64,000 nt of DNA, taken from assembly GCA_046563655.1 (NCBI GenBank), contig CM102290.1, positions 1,240,001 to 1,304,000 of the forward strand, in the 5' to 3' direction. The translations under genes were made by a program, and so were the position numbers. The notes beneath the pieces were generated by a model. That model did not search any database, was not told where the DNA came from, and saw only the letters and a list, made by a program, of their open reading frames with translations. The DNA is from Yuukianura sp. NJ FZ-2021 (lineage: Eukaryota). Shown here in pieces: positions 49,760-62,300 of this stretch (the first letter of the stretch is position 1; every line of letters begins with the position of its first letter).

Positions 49760-50347
49760 AAAGGAGATGGGCCAAAACCCTATCAAAATGGTACCCGGTG
49801 CGATTCGAATGAAATTTTTACCAGTTGTTAGGCTCGATGTTGGAGTCATTTGTGCAAATTTTCAGACCCCCAGAAACGAAGGGTCAAGGGGTACGGGGGG
49901 TCAAAGGTCACCTCATTGTCCTATGACGACCCTATGCAAGTAACATATTGTTGGAACGGGCCTGAAATCCTGATTCAGAAAATGTATATATGTTGCTATC
50001 TACGACGCAAGGCAGCGAAATTATGTCGCAGTCACCGATTGGAACTCGACAGATAACACGAGGTTAATGATTAAAGTCGCAGTAACTTCGTCGTCTTTCG
50101 TCATCGATAGCAACATATATACATTTTCTGAATCAGGAGGTCAAGCCCTTTCCAACGATATACTACTAGTATGGGGTCGTCATAGGATGATAAGGTGACC
50201 TTTGACTCCCCCACACCCCTTGACCCTTCGTTTCTGGGGGGCTGAAAATTCGCACAAATGACCCCAACATGGACCCTAACAACTGGTAAAAATCTCATTC
50301 GAATCGCACCGGGTACCATTTTGATAGGGTTTTGGCCCATCTCCTTT
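49760..50347. mobile_element. ~590-bp fold-back palindrome, probable palindromic MITE
   Basis: Arms of ~290 bp centred at ~50053. One mismatch in the outer 67 bp, 5 in the next 60 bp, and heavy divergence near the centre. Ends AAAGGAGATGGG / CCCATCTCCTTT. Confidence 0.8.
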
Positions 50348-53300
50348 ACTATGAAAATCACTCTTTTTAAATAACATAATTCCAAATTTCAAAACGTTAA
50401 AAGTTTAGTAGGAAAATCACTCTTTCTAATCAACTAAATTCCAAATTCCAAAAAGTTAAAAGTTTAGTAGGAAAATCACTCTTTCTAATCAACTAAATTC
50501 CAAATTCCAAAAAGTTAAAAGTTTAGTAGGAAAATCACTCTTTCTAATCAACTAAATTCCAAATTCCAAAAAGTTAAAAGTTTAGTAGGAAAATCACTCT
50601 TTCTAATCAACTAAATTCCAAATTCCAAAAAGTTAAAAGTTTAGTAGGAAAATCACTCTTTCTAATCAACTAAATTCGAAATTCCAAAAAGTTAAAAGTT
50701 TAGTAGGAAAATCACTCTTTCTAATCAACTAAATTCCAAATTTCAAAACGTTAAAAGTTTAGTAGGAAAATCACTCTTTCTAATCAACTAAATTCCAAAT
50801 TCCAAAAAGTTAAAAGTTTAGTAGGAAAATCACTCTTTCTAATCAACTAAATTCAAAATTTCAAAAAGTTAAAAGTTTAGTAGGAAAATCACTCTTTCTA
50901 ATCAACTAAATTCCAAATTCCAAAAAGTTAAAAGTTTAGTAGGAAAATCACTCTTTCTAATCAACTAAATTCCAAATTTCAAAACGTTAAAAGTTTAGTA
51001 GGAAAATCACTCTTTCTAATCAACTAAATTCCAAATTCCAAAAAGTTAAAAGTTTAGTAGGAAAATCACTCTTTCTAATCAACTAAATTCCAAATTCCAA
51101 AAAGTTAAAAGTTTAGTAGGAAAATCACTCTTTCTAATCAACTAAATTCCAAAAAGTTAAAAGTTTAGTAGGAAAATCACTATTTCTAATCAACTAAATT
51201 CCAAATTTCAAAACGTTAAAAGTTTAGTAGGAAAATCACTCTTTCTAATCAACTAAATTCCAAATTTCAAAACGTTAAAAGTTTAGTAGGAAAATCACTC
51301 TTTCTAATCAACTAAATTCAAAATTTCAAAAAGTTAAAAGTTTAGTAGGAAAATCACTCTTTCTAATCAACTAAATTCCAAATTCCAAAAAGTTAAAAGT
51401 TTAGTTGGAAAATCACTCTTTCTAATCAACTAAATTCCAAATTTCAAAACGTTAAAAGTTTAGTAGGAAAATCACTCTTTCTAATCAACTAAATTCCAAA
51501 TTCCAAAAAGTTAAAAGTTTAGTAGGAAAATCACTCTTTCTAATCAACTAAATTCCAAAAAGTTAAAAGTTTAGTAGGGAAATCACTATTTCTAATCAAC
51601 TAAATTCCAAATTTCAAAACGTTAAAAGTTTAGTAGGAAAATCACTCTTTCTAATCAACTAAATTCCAAATTTCAAAACGTTAAAAGTTTAGTAGGAAAA
51701 TCACTCTTTCTAATCAACTAAATTCAAAATTTCAAAAAGTTAAAAGTTTAGTAGGAAAATCACTCTTTCTAATCAACTAAATTCCAAATTCCAAAAAGTT
51801 AAAAGTTTAGTAGGAAAATCACTCTTTCTAATCAACTAAATTCCAAATTTCAAAACGTTAAAAGTTTAGTAGGAAAATCACTCTTTCTAATCAACTAAAT
51901 TCCAAATTCCAAAAAGTTAAAAGTTTAGTAGGAAAATCACTCTTTCTAATCAACTAAATTCCAAATTCCAAAAAGTTAAAAGTTTAGTAGGAAAATCACT
52001 CTTTCTAATCAACTAAATTCCAAATTTCAAAACGTTAAAAGTTTAGTAGGAAAATCACTCTTTCTAATCAACTAAACTCCAAATTCCAAAAAGTTAAAAG
52101 TTTAGTAGGAAAATCACTCTTTCTAATCAACTAAATTCCAAATTCCAAAAAGTTAAAAGTTTAGTAGGAAAATCACTCTTTCTAATCAACTAAATTCAAA
52201 ATTTCAAAAAGTTAAAAGTTTAGTAGGAAAATCACTCTTTCTAATCAACTAAATTCCAAATTTCAAAACGTTAAAAGTTTAGTAGGAAAATCACTCTTTC
52301 TAATCAACTAAATTCCAAATTCCAAAAAGTTAAAAGTTTAGTAGGAAAATCACTATTTCTAATCAACTAAATTCCAAATTTCAAAACGTTAAAAGTTTAG
52401 TAGGAAAATCACTCTTTCTAATCAACTAAATTCCAAATTTCAAAACGTTAAAAGTTTAGTAGGAAAATCACTCTTTCTAATCAACTAAATTCCAAATTTC
52501 AAAACGTTAAAAGTTTAGTAGGAAAATCACTCTTTCTAATCAACTAAATTCCAAATTTCAAAACGTTAAAAGTTTAGTAGGAAAATCACTCTTTCTAATC
52601 AACTAAATTCCAAATTTCAAAACGTTAAAAGTTTAGTAGGAAAATCACTCTTTCTAATCAACTAAATTCCAAATTCCAAAAAGTTAAAAGTTTAGTAGGA
52701 AAATCACTATTTCTAATCAACTAAATTCCAAATTTCAAAACGTTAAAAGTTTAGTAGGAAAATCACTCTTTCTAATCAACTAAATTCCAAATTTCAAAAC
52801 GTTAAAAGTTTAGTAGGAAAATCACTCTTTCTAATCAACTAAATTCCAAATTTCAAAACGTTAAAAGTTTAGTAGGAAAATCACTCTGTCTAATCAACTA
52901 AATTCAAAATTTCAAAACGTTAAAAGTTTAGTAGGAAAATCACTCTTTCTAATCAACTAAATTCAAAATTTCAAAACGTTAAAAGTTTAGTAGGAAAATC
53001 ACTCTTTCTAATCAACTAAATTCCAAATTCCAAAAAGTTAAAAGTTTAGTAGGAAAATCACTCTTTCTAATCAACTAAATTCAAAATTCCAAAAAGTTAA
53101 AAGTTTAGTAACAAAATCACTCTTTCTAATCAACTAAATTCCAAATTCCAAAAAGTTAAAAGTTTAGTAGGAAAATCACTCTTTCTAATCAACTAAATTC
53201 AAAATTTCAAAAAGTTAAAAGTTTAGTAGGAAAATCACTCTTTCTAATCAACTAAATTCCAAATTTCAAAACGTTAAAAGTTTAGTAGGAAAATCACTCT

Positions 53301-56300
53301 TTCTAATCAACTAACTTCCAAATTCCAAAAAGTTAAAAGTTTAGTAGGAAAATCACTCTTTCTAATCAACTAAATTCCAAATTTCAAAACGTTAAAAGTT
53401 TAGTAGGAAAATCACTCTTTCTAATCAACTAAATTCCAAATTTCAAAACGTTAAAAGTTTAGTAGGAAAATCACTCTTTCTAATCAACTAAATTCCAAAT
53501 TCCAAAAAGTTAAAAGTTTAGTAGGAAAATCACTCTTTCTAATCAACTAAATTCCAAATTCCAAAAAGTTAAAAGTTTAGTAGGAAAATCACTCTTTCTA
53601 ATCAACTAAATTCCAAATTTCAAAACGTTAAAAGTTTAGTAGGAAAATCACTCTTTCTAATCAACTAAATTCCAAATTCCAAAAAGTTAAAAGTTTAGTA
53701 GGAAAATCACTCTTTCTAATCAACTAAATTCCAAATTCCAAAAAGTTAAAAGTTTAGTAGGAAAATCACTCTTTCTAATCAACTAAATTCAAAATTTCAA
53801 AAAGTTAAAAGTTTAGTAGGAAAATCACTCTTTCTAATCAACTAAATTCCAAATTTCAAAACGTTAAAAGTTTAGTAGGAAAATCACTCTTTCTAATCAA
53901 CTAAATTCCAAATTCCAAAAAGTTAAAAGTTTAGTAGGAAAATCACTATTTCTAATCAACTAAATTCCAAATTTCAAAACGTTAAAAGTTTAGTAGGAAA
54001 ATCACTCTTTCTAATCAACTAAATTCCAAATTTCAAAACGTTAAAAGTTTAGTAGGAAAATCACTCTTTCTAATCAACTAAATTCCAAATTTCAAAACGT
54101 TAAAAGTTTAGTAGGAAAATCACTCTTTCTAATCAACTAAATTCCAAATTTCAAAACGTTAAAAGTTTAGTAGGAAAATCACTCTTTCTAATCAACTAAA
54201 TTCCAAATTTCAAAACGTTAAAAGTTTAGTAGGAAAATCACTCTTTCTAATCAACTAAATTCCAAATTCCAAAAAGTTAAAAGTTTAGTAGGAAAATCAC
54301 TATTTCTAATCAACTAAATTCCAAATTTCAAAACGTTAAAAGTTTAGTAGGAAAATCACTCTTTCTAATCAACTAAATTCCAAATTTCAAAACGTTAAAA
54401 GTTTAGTAGGAAAATCACTCTTTCTAATCAACTAAATTCCAAATTTCAAAACGTTAAAAGTTTAGTAGGAAAATCACTCTGTCTAATCAACTAAATTCAA
54501 AATTTCAAAACGTTAAAAGTTTAGTAGGAAAATCACTCTTTCTAATCAACTAAATTCAAAATTTCAAAACGTTAAAAGTTTAGTAGGAAAATCACTCTTT
54601 CTAATCAACTAAATTCCAAATTCCAAAAAGTTAAAAGTTTAGTAGGAAAATCACTCTTTCTAATCAACTAAATTCCAAATTCCAAAAAGTTAAAAGTTTA
54701 GTAGGAAAATCACTCTTTCTAATCAACTAAATTCCAAATTCCAAAAAGTTAAAAGTTTAGTAGGAAAATCACTCTTTCTAATCAACTAAATTCCAAATTT
54801 CAAAAAGTTAAAAGTTTAGTAGGAAAATCACTCTTTCTAATCAACTAAATTCCAAATTTCAAAACGTTAAAAGTTTAGTAGGAAAATCACTCTTTCTAAT
54901 CAACTAAATTCCAAATTCCAAAAAGTTAAAAGTTTAGTAGGAAAATCACTCTTTCTAATCAACTAAATTCCAAATTTCAAAACGTTAAAAGTTTAGTAGG
55001 AAAATCACTCTTTCTAATCAACTAAATTCCAAATTTCAAAACGTTAAAAGTTTAGTAGGAAAATCACTCTTTCTAATCAACTAAATTCCAAATTTCAAAA
55101 CGTTAAAAGTTTAGTAGGAAAATCACTCTTTCTAATCAACTAAATTCCAAATTTCAAAACGTTAAAAGTTTAGTAGGAAAATCACTCTTTCTAATCAACT
55201 AAATTCCAAATTCCAAAAAGTTAAAAGTTTAGTAGGAAAATCACTCTTTCTAATCAACTAAATTCCAAATTTCAAAACGTTAAAAGTTTAGTAGGAAAAT
55301 CACTCTTTCTAATCAACTAAATTCCAAATTCCAAAAAGTTAAAAGTTTAGTAGGAAAATCACTCTTTCTAATCAACTAAATTCCAAATTCCAAAAAGTTA
55401 AAAGTTTAGTAGGAAAATCACTCTTTCTAATCAACTAAATTCCAAATTCCAAAAAGTTAAAAGTTTAGTAGGAAAATCACTCTTTCTAATCAACTAAATT
55501 CCAAATTCCAAAACGTTAAAAGTTTAGTAGGAAAATCACTCTTTCTAATCAACTAAATTCCAAATTCCAAAAAGTTAAAAGTTTAGTAGGAAAATCACTC
55601 TTTCTAATCAACTAAATTCCAAATTTCAAAACGTTAAAAGTTTAGTAGGAAAATCACTCTTTCTAATCAACTAAATTCCAAATTTCAAAACGTTAAAAGT
55701 TTAGTAGGAAAATCACTCTTTCTAATCAACTAAATTCCAAATTCCAAAAAGTTAAAAGTTTAGTAGGAAAATCACTCTTTCTAATCAACTAAATTCCAAA
55801 TTCCAAAAAGTTAAAAGTTTAGTAGGAAAATCACTCTTTCTAATCAACTAAATTCCAAATTCCAAAAAGTTAAAAGTTTAGTAGGAAAATCACTCTTTCT
55901 AATCAACTAAATTCCAAATTCCAAAACGTTAAAAGTTTAGTAGGAAAATCACTCTTTCTAATCAACTAAATTCCAAATTCCAAAAAGTTAAAAGTTTAGT
56001 AGGAAAATCACTCTTTCTAATCAACTAAATTCCAAATTCCAAAAAGTTAAAAGTTTAGTAGGAAAATCACTCTTTCTAATCAACTAAATTCCAAATTCCA
56101 AAACGTTAAAAGTTTAGTAGGAAAATCACTCTTTCTAATCAACTAAATTCCAAATTCCAAAAAGTTAAAAGTTTAGTAGGAAAATCACTCTTTCTAATCA
56201 ACTAAATTCCAAATTCCAAAAAGTTAAAAGTTTAGTAGGAAAATCACTCTTTCTAATCAACTAAATTCCAAATTCCAAAAAGTTAAAAGTTTAGTAGGAA

Positions 56301-59300
56301 AATCACTCTTTCTAATCAACTAAATTCCAAATTCCAAAAAGTTAAAAGTTTAGTAGGAAAATCACTCTTTCTAATCAACTAAATTCCAAATTTCAAAACG
56401 TTAAAAGTTTAGTAGGAAAATCACTCTTTCTAATCAACTAAATTCCAAATTTCAAAACGTTAAAAGTTTAGTAGGAAAATCACTCTTTCTAATCAACTAA
56501 ATTCCAAATTCCAAAAAGTTAAAAGTTTAGTAGGAAAATCACTCTTTCTAATCAACTAAATTCCAAATTCCAAAAAGTTAAAAGTTTAGTAGGAAAATCA
56601 CTCTTTCTAATCAACTAAATTCCAAATTCCAAAACGTTAAAAGTTTAGTAGGAAAATCACTCTTTCTAATCAACTAAATTCCAAATTCCAAAAAGTTAAA
56701 AGTTTAGTAGGAAAATCACTCTTTCTAATCAACTAAATTCCAAATTCCAAAAAGTTAAAAGTTTAGTAGGAAAATCACTCTTTCTAATCAACTAAATTCC
56801 AAATTCCAAAAAGTTAAAAGTTTAGTAGGAAAATCACTCTTTCTAATCAACTAAATTCCAAATTCCAAAAAGTTAAAAGTTTAGTAGGAAAATCACTCTT
56901 TCTAATCAACTAAATTCCAAATTCCAAAAAGTTAAAAGTTTAGTAGGAAAATCACTCTTTCTAATCAACTAAATTCCAAATTCCAAAAAGTTAAAAGTTT
57001 AGTAGGAAAATCACTCTTTCTAATCAACTAAATTCCAAATTCCAAAAAGTTAAAAGTTTAGTAGGAAAATCACTCTTTCTAATCAACTAAATTCCAAATT
57101 CCAAAACGTTAAAAGTTTAGTAGGAAAATCACTCTTTCTAATCAACTAAATTCCAAATTCCAAAAAGTTAAAAGTTTAGTAGGAAAATCACTCTTTCTAA
57201 TCAACTAAATTCCAAATTCCAAAAAGTTAAAAGTTTAGTAGGAAAATCACTCTTTCTAATCAACTAAATTCCAAATTCCAAAAAGTTAAAAGTTTAGTAG
57301 GAAAATCACTCTTTCTAATCAACTAAATTCCAAATTCCAAAAAGTTAAAAGTTTAGTAGGAAAATCACTCTTTCTAATCAACTAAATTCCAAATTCCAAA
57401 ACGTTAAAAGTTTAGTAGGAAAATCACTCTTTCTAATCAACTAAATTCCAAATTCCAAAACGTTAAAAGTTTAGTAGGAAAATCACTCTTTCTAATCAAC
57501 TAAATTCCAAATTCCAAAAAGTTAAAAGTTTAGTAGGAAAATCACTCTTTCTAATCAACTAAATTCCAAATTTCAAAAAGTTAAAAGTTTAGTAGGAAAA
57601 TCACTCTTTCTAATCAACTAAATTCCAAATTCCAAAACGTTAAAAGTTTAGTAGGAAAATCACTCTTTCTAATCAACTAAATTCCAAATTCCAAAAAGTT
57701 AAAAGTTTAGTAGGAAAATCACTCTTTCTAATCAACTAAATTCCAAATTTCAAAACGTTAAAAGTTTAGTAGGAAAATCACTCTTTCTAATCAACTAAAT
57801 TCCAAATTCCAAAAAGTTAAAAGTTTAGTAGGAAAATCACTCTTTCTAATCAACTAAATTCCAAATTTCAAAAAGTTAAAAGTTTAGTAGGAAAATCACT
57901 CTTTCTAATCAACTAAATTCCAAATTCCAAAAAGTTAAAAGTTTAGTAGGAAAATCACTCTTTCTAATCAACTAAATTCCAAATTCCAAAAAGTTAAAAG
58001 TTTAGTAGGAAAATCACTCTTTCTAATCAACTAAATTCCAAATTCCAAAAAGTTAAAAGTTTAGTAGGAAAATCACTCTTTCTAATCAACTAAATTCCAA
58101 ATTCCAAAAAGTTAAAAGTTTAGTAGGAAAATCACTCTTTCTAATCAACTAAATTCCAAATTCCAAAAAGTTAAAAGTTTAGTAGGAAAATCACTCTTTC
58201 TAATCAACTAAATTCCAAATTCCAAAAAGTTAAAAGTTTAGTAGGAAAATCACTCTTTCTAATCAACTAAATTCCAAATTCCAAAAAGTTAAAAGTTTAG
58301 TAGGAAAATCACTCTTTCTAATCAACTAAATTCCAAATTCCAAAAAGTTAAAAGTTTAGTAGGAAAATCACTCTTTCTAATCAACTAAATTCCAAATTCC
58401 AAAAAGTTAAAAGTTTAGTAGGAAAATCACTCTTTCTAATCAACTAAATTCCAAATTCCAAAAAGTTAAAAGTTTAGTAGGAAAATCACTCTTTCTAATC
58501 AACTAAATTCCAAATTCCAAAAAGTTAAAAGTTTAGTAGGAAAATCACTCTTTCTAATCAACTAAATTCCAAATTCCAAAAAGTTAAAAGTTTAGTAGGA
58601 AAATCACTCTTTCTAATCAACTAAATTCCAAATTCCAAAAAGTTAAAAGTTTAGTAGGAAAATCACTCTTTCTAATCAACTAAATTCCAAATTCCAAAAA
58701 GTTAAAAGTTTAGTAGGAAAATCACTCTTTCTAATCAACTAAATTCCAAATTCCAAAAAGTTAAAAGTTTAGTAGGAAAATCACTCTTTCTAATCAACTA
58801 AATTCCAAATTCCAAAAAGTTAAAAGTTTAGTAGGAAAATCACTCTTTCTAATCAACTAAATTCCAAATTCCAAAAAGTTAAAAGTTTAGTAGGAAAATC
58901 ACTCTTTCTAATCAACTAAATTCCAAATTCCAAAAAGTTAAAAGTTTAGTAGGAAAATCACTCTTTCTAATCAACTAAATTCCAAATTCCAAAACGTTAA
59001 AAGTTTAGTAGGAAAATCACTCTTTCTAATCAACTAAATTCCAAATTCCAAAAAGTTAAAAGTTTAGTAGGAAAATCACTCTTTCTAATCAACTAAATTC
59101 CAAATTCCAAAAAGTTAAAAGTTTAGTAGGAAAATCACTCTTTCTAATCAACTAAATTCCAAATTCCAAAAAGTTAAAAGTTTAGTAGGAAAATCACTCT
59201 TTCTAATCAACTAAATTCCAAATTCCAAAAAGTTAAAAGTTTAGTAGGAAAATCACTCTTTCTAATCAACTAAATTCCAAATTCCAAAAAGTTAAAAGTT

Positions 59301-62300
59301 TAGTAGGAAAATCACTCTTTCTAATCAACTAAATTCCAAATTCCAAAAAGTTAAAAGTTTAGTAGGAAAATCACTCTTTCTAATCAACTAAATTCCAAAT
59401 TCCAAAAAGTTAAAAGTTTAGTAGGAAAATCACTCTTTCTAATCAACTAAATTCCAAATTCCAAAAAGTTAAAAGTTTAGTAGGAAAATCACTCTTTCTA
59501 ATCAACTAAATTCCAAATTCCAAAAAGTTAAAAGTTTAGTAGGAAAATCACTCTTTCTAATCAACTAAATTCCAAATTCCAAAACGTTAAAAGTTTAGTA
59601 GGAAAATCACTCTTTCTAATCAACTAAATTCCAAATTCCAAAACGTTAAAAGTTTAGTAGGAAAATCACTCTTTCTAATCAACTAAATTCCAAATTCCAA
59701 AAAGTTAAAAGTTTAGTAGGAAAATCACTCTTTCTAATCAACTAAATTCCAAATTCCAAAACGTTAAAAGTTTAGTAGGAAAATCACTCTTTCTAATCAA
59801 CTAAATTCCAAATTTCAAAAAGTTAAAAGTTTAGTAGGAAAATCACTCTTTCTAATCAACTAAATTCCAAATTCCAAAAAGTTAAAAGTTTAGTAGGAAA
59901 ATCACTCTTTCTAATCAACTAAATTCCAAATTCCAAAAAGTTAAAAGTTTAGTAGGAAAATCACTCTTTCTAATCAACTAAATTCCAAATTCCAAAAAGT
60001 TAAAAGTTTAGTAGGAAAATCACTCTTTCTAATCAACTAAATTCCAAATTTCAAAACGTTAAAAGTTTAGTAGGAAAATCACTCTTTCTAATCAACTAAA
60101 TTCCAAATTCCAAAAAGTTAAAAGTTTAGTAGGAAAATCACTCTTTCTAATCAACTAAATTCCAAATTTCAAAACGTTAAAAGTTTAGTAGGAAAATCAC
60201 TCTTTCTAATCAACTAAATTCCAAATTCCAAAAAGTTAAAAGTTTAGTAGGAAAATCACTCTTTCTAATCAACTAAATTCCAAATTCCAAAAAGTTAAAA
60301 GTTTAGTAGGAAAATCACTCTTTCTAATCAACTAAATTCCAAATTCCAAAAAGTTAAAAGTTTAGTAGGAAAATCACTCTTTCTAATCAACTAAATTCCA
60401 AATTCCAAAAAGTTAAAAGTTTAGTAGGAAAATCACTCTTTCTAATCAACTAAATTCCAAATTCCAAAAAGTTAAAAGTTTAGTAGGAAAATCACTCTTT
60501 CTAATCAACTAAATTCCAAATTTCAAAACGTTAAAAGTTTAGTAGGAAAATCACTCTTTCTAATCAACTAAATTCCAAATTCCAAAAAGTTAAAAGTTTA
60601 GTAGGAAAATCACTCTTTCTAATCAACTAAATTCCAAATTCCAAAAAGTTAAAAGTTTAGTAGGAAAATCACTCTTTCTAATCAACTAAATTCCAAATTC
60701 CAAAAAGTTAAAAGTTTAGTAGGAAAATCACTCTTTCTAATCAACTAAATTCCAAATTCCAAAAAGTTAAAAGTTTAGTAGGAAAATCACTCTTTCTAAT
60801 CAACTAAATTCCAAATTCCAAAAAGTTAAAAGTTTAGTAGGAAAATCACTCTTTCTAATCAACTAAATTCCAAATTCCAAAAAGTTAAAAGTTTAGTAGG
60901 AAAATCACTCTTTCTAATCAACTAAATTCCAAATTCCAAAAAGTTAAAAGTTTAGTAGGAAAATCACTCTTTCTAATCAACTAAATTCCAAATTCCAAAA
61001 AGTTAAAAGTTTAGTAGGAAAATCACTCTTTCTAATCAACTAAATTCCAAATTCCAAAAAGTTAAAAGTTTAGTAGGAAAATCACTCTTTCTAATCAACT
61101 AAATTCCAAATTCCAAAAAGTTAAAAGTTTAGTAGGAAAATCACTCTTTCTAATCAACTAAATTCCAAATTCCAAAAAGTTAAAAGTTTAGTAGGAAAAT
61201 CACTCTTTCTAATCAACTAAATTCCAAATTCCAAAAAGTTAAAAGTTTAGTAGGAAAATCACTCTTTCTAATCAACTAAATTCCAAATTCCAAAAAGTTA
61301 AAAGTTTAGTAGGAAAATCACTCTTTCTAATCAACTAAATTCCAAATTCCAAAAAGTTAAAAGTTTAGTAGGAAAATCACTCTTTCTAATCAACTAAATT
61401 CCAAATTCCAAAAAGTTAAAAGTTTAGTAGGAAAATCACTCTTTCTAATCAACTAAATTCCAAATTCCAAAAAGTTAAAAGTTTAGTAGGAAAATCACTC
61501 TTTCTAATCAACTAAATTCCAAATTCCAAAAAGTTAAAAGTTTAGTAGGAAAATCACTCTTTCTAATCAACTAAATTCCAAATTCCAAAAAGTTAAAAGT
61601 TTAGTAGGAAAATCACTCTTTCTAATCAACTAAATTCCAAATTCCAAAAAGTTAAAAGTTTAGTAGGAAAATCACTCTTTCTAATCAACTAAATTCCAAA
61701 TTCCAAAAAGTTAAAAGTTTAGTAGGAAAATCACTCTTTCTAATCAACTAAATTCCAAATTCCAAAAAGTTAAAAGTTTAGTAGGAAAATCACTCTTTCT
61801 AATCAACTAAATTCCAAATTCCAAAAAGTTAAAAGTTTAGTAGGAAAATCACTCTTTCTAATCAACTAAATTCCAAATTCCAAAAAGTTAAAAGTTTAGT
61901 AGGAAAATCACTCTTTCTAATCAACTAAATTCCAAATTCCAAAAAGTTAAAAGTTTAGTAGGAAAATCACTCTTTCTAATCAACTAAATTCCAAATTCCA
62001 AAAAGTTAAAAGTTTAGTAGGAAAATCACTCTTTCTAATCAACTAAATTCCAAATTCCAAAAAGTTAAAAGTTTAGTAGGAAAATCACTCTTTCTAATCA
62101 ACTAAATTCCAAATTCCAAAAAGTTAAAAGTTTAGTAGGAAAATCACTCTTTCTAATCAACTAAATTCCAAATTCCAAAAAGTTAAAAGTTTAGTAGGAA
62201 AATCACTCTTTCTAATCAACTAAATTCCAAATTCCAAAAAGTTAAAAGTTTAGTAGGAAAATCACTCTTTCTAATCAACTAAATTCCAAATTCCAAAAAG

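Noticed and set aside
48775..50385. ORFs at 48775, 49220, 49444, 49624, 49850 and 50101
   Set aside because: Translations of the minisatellite and palindrome. The shared peptide in ORFs 49850 and 50101 just reflects the two arms. No transposase motifs.
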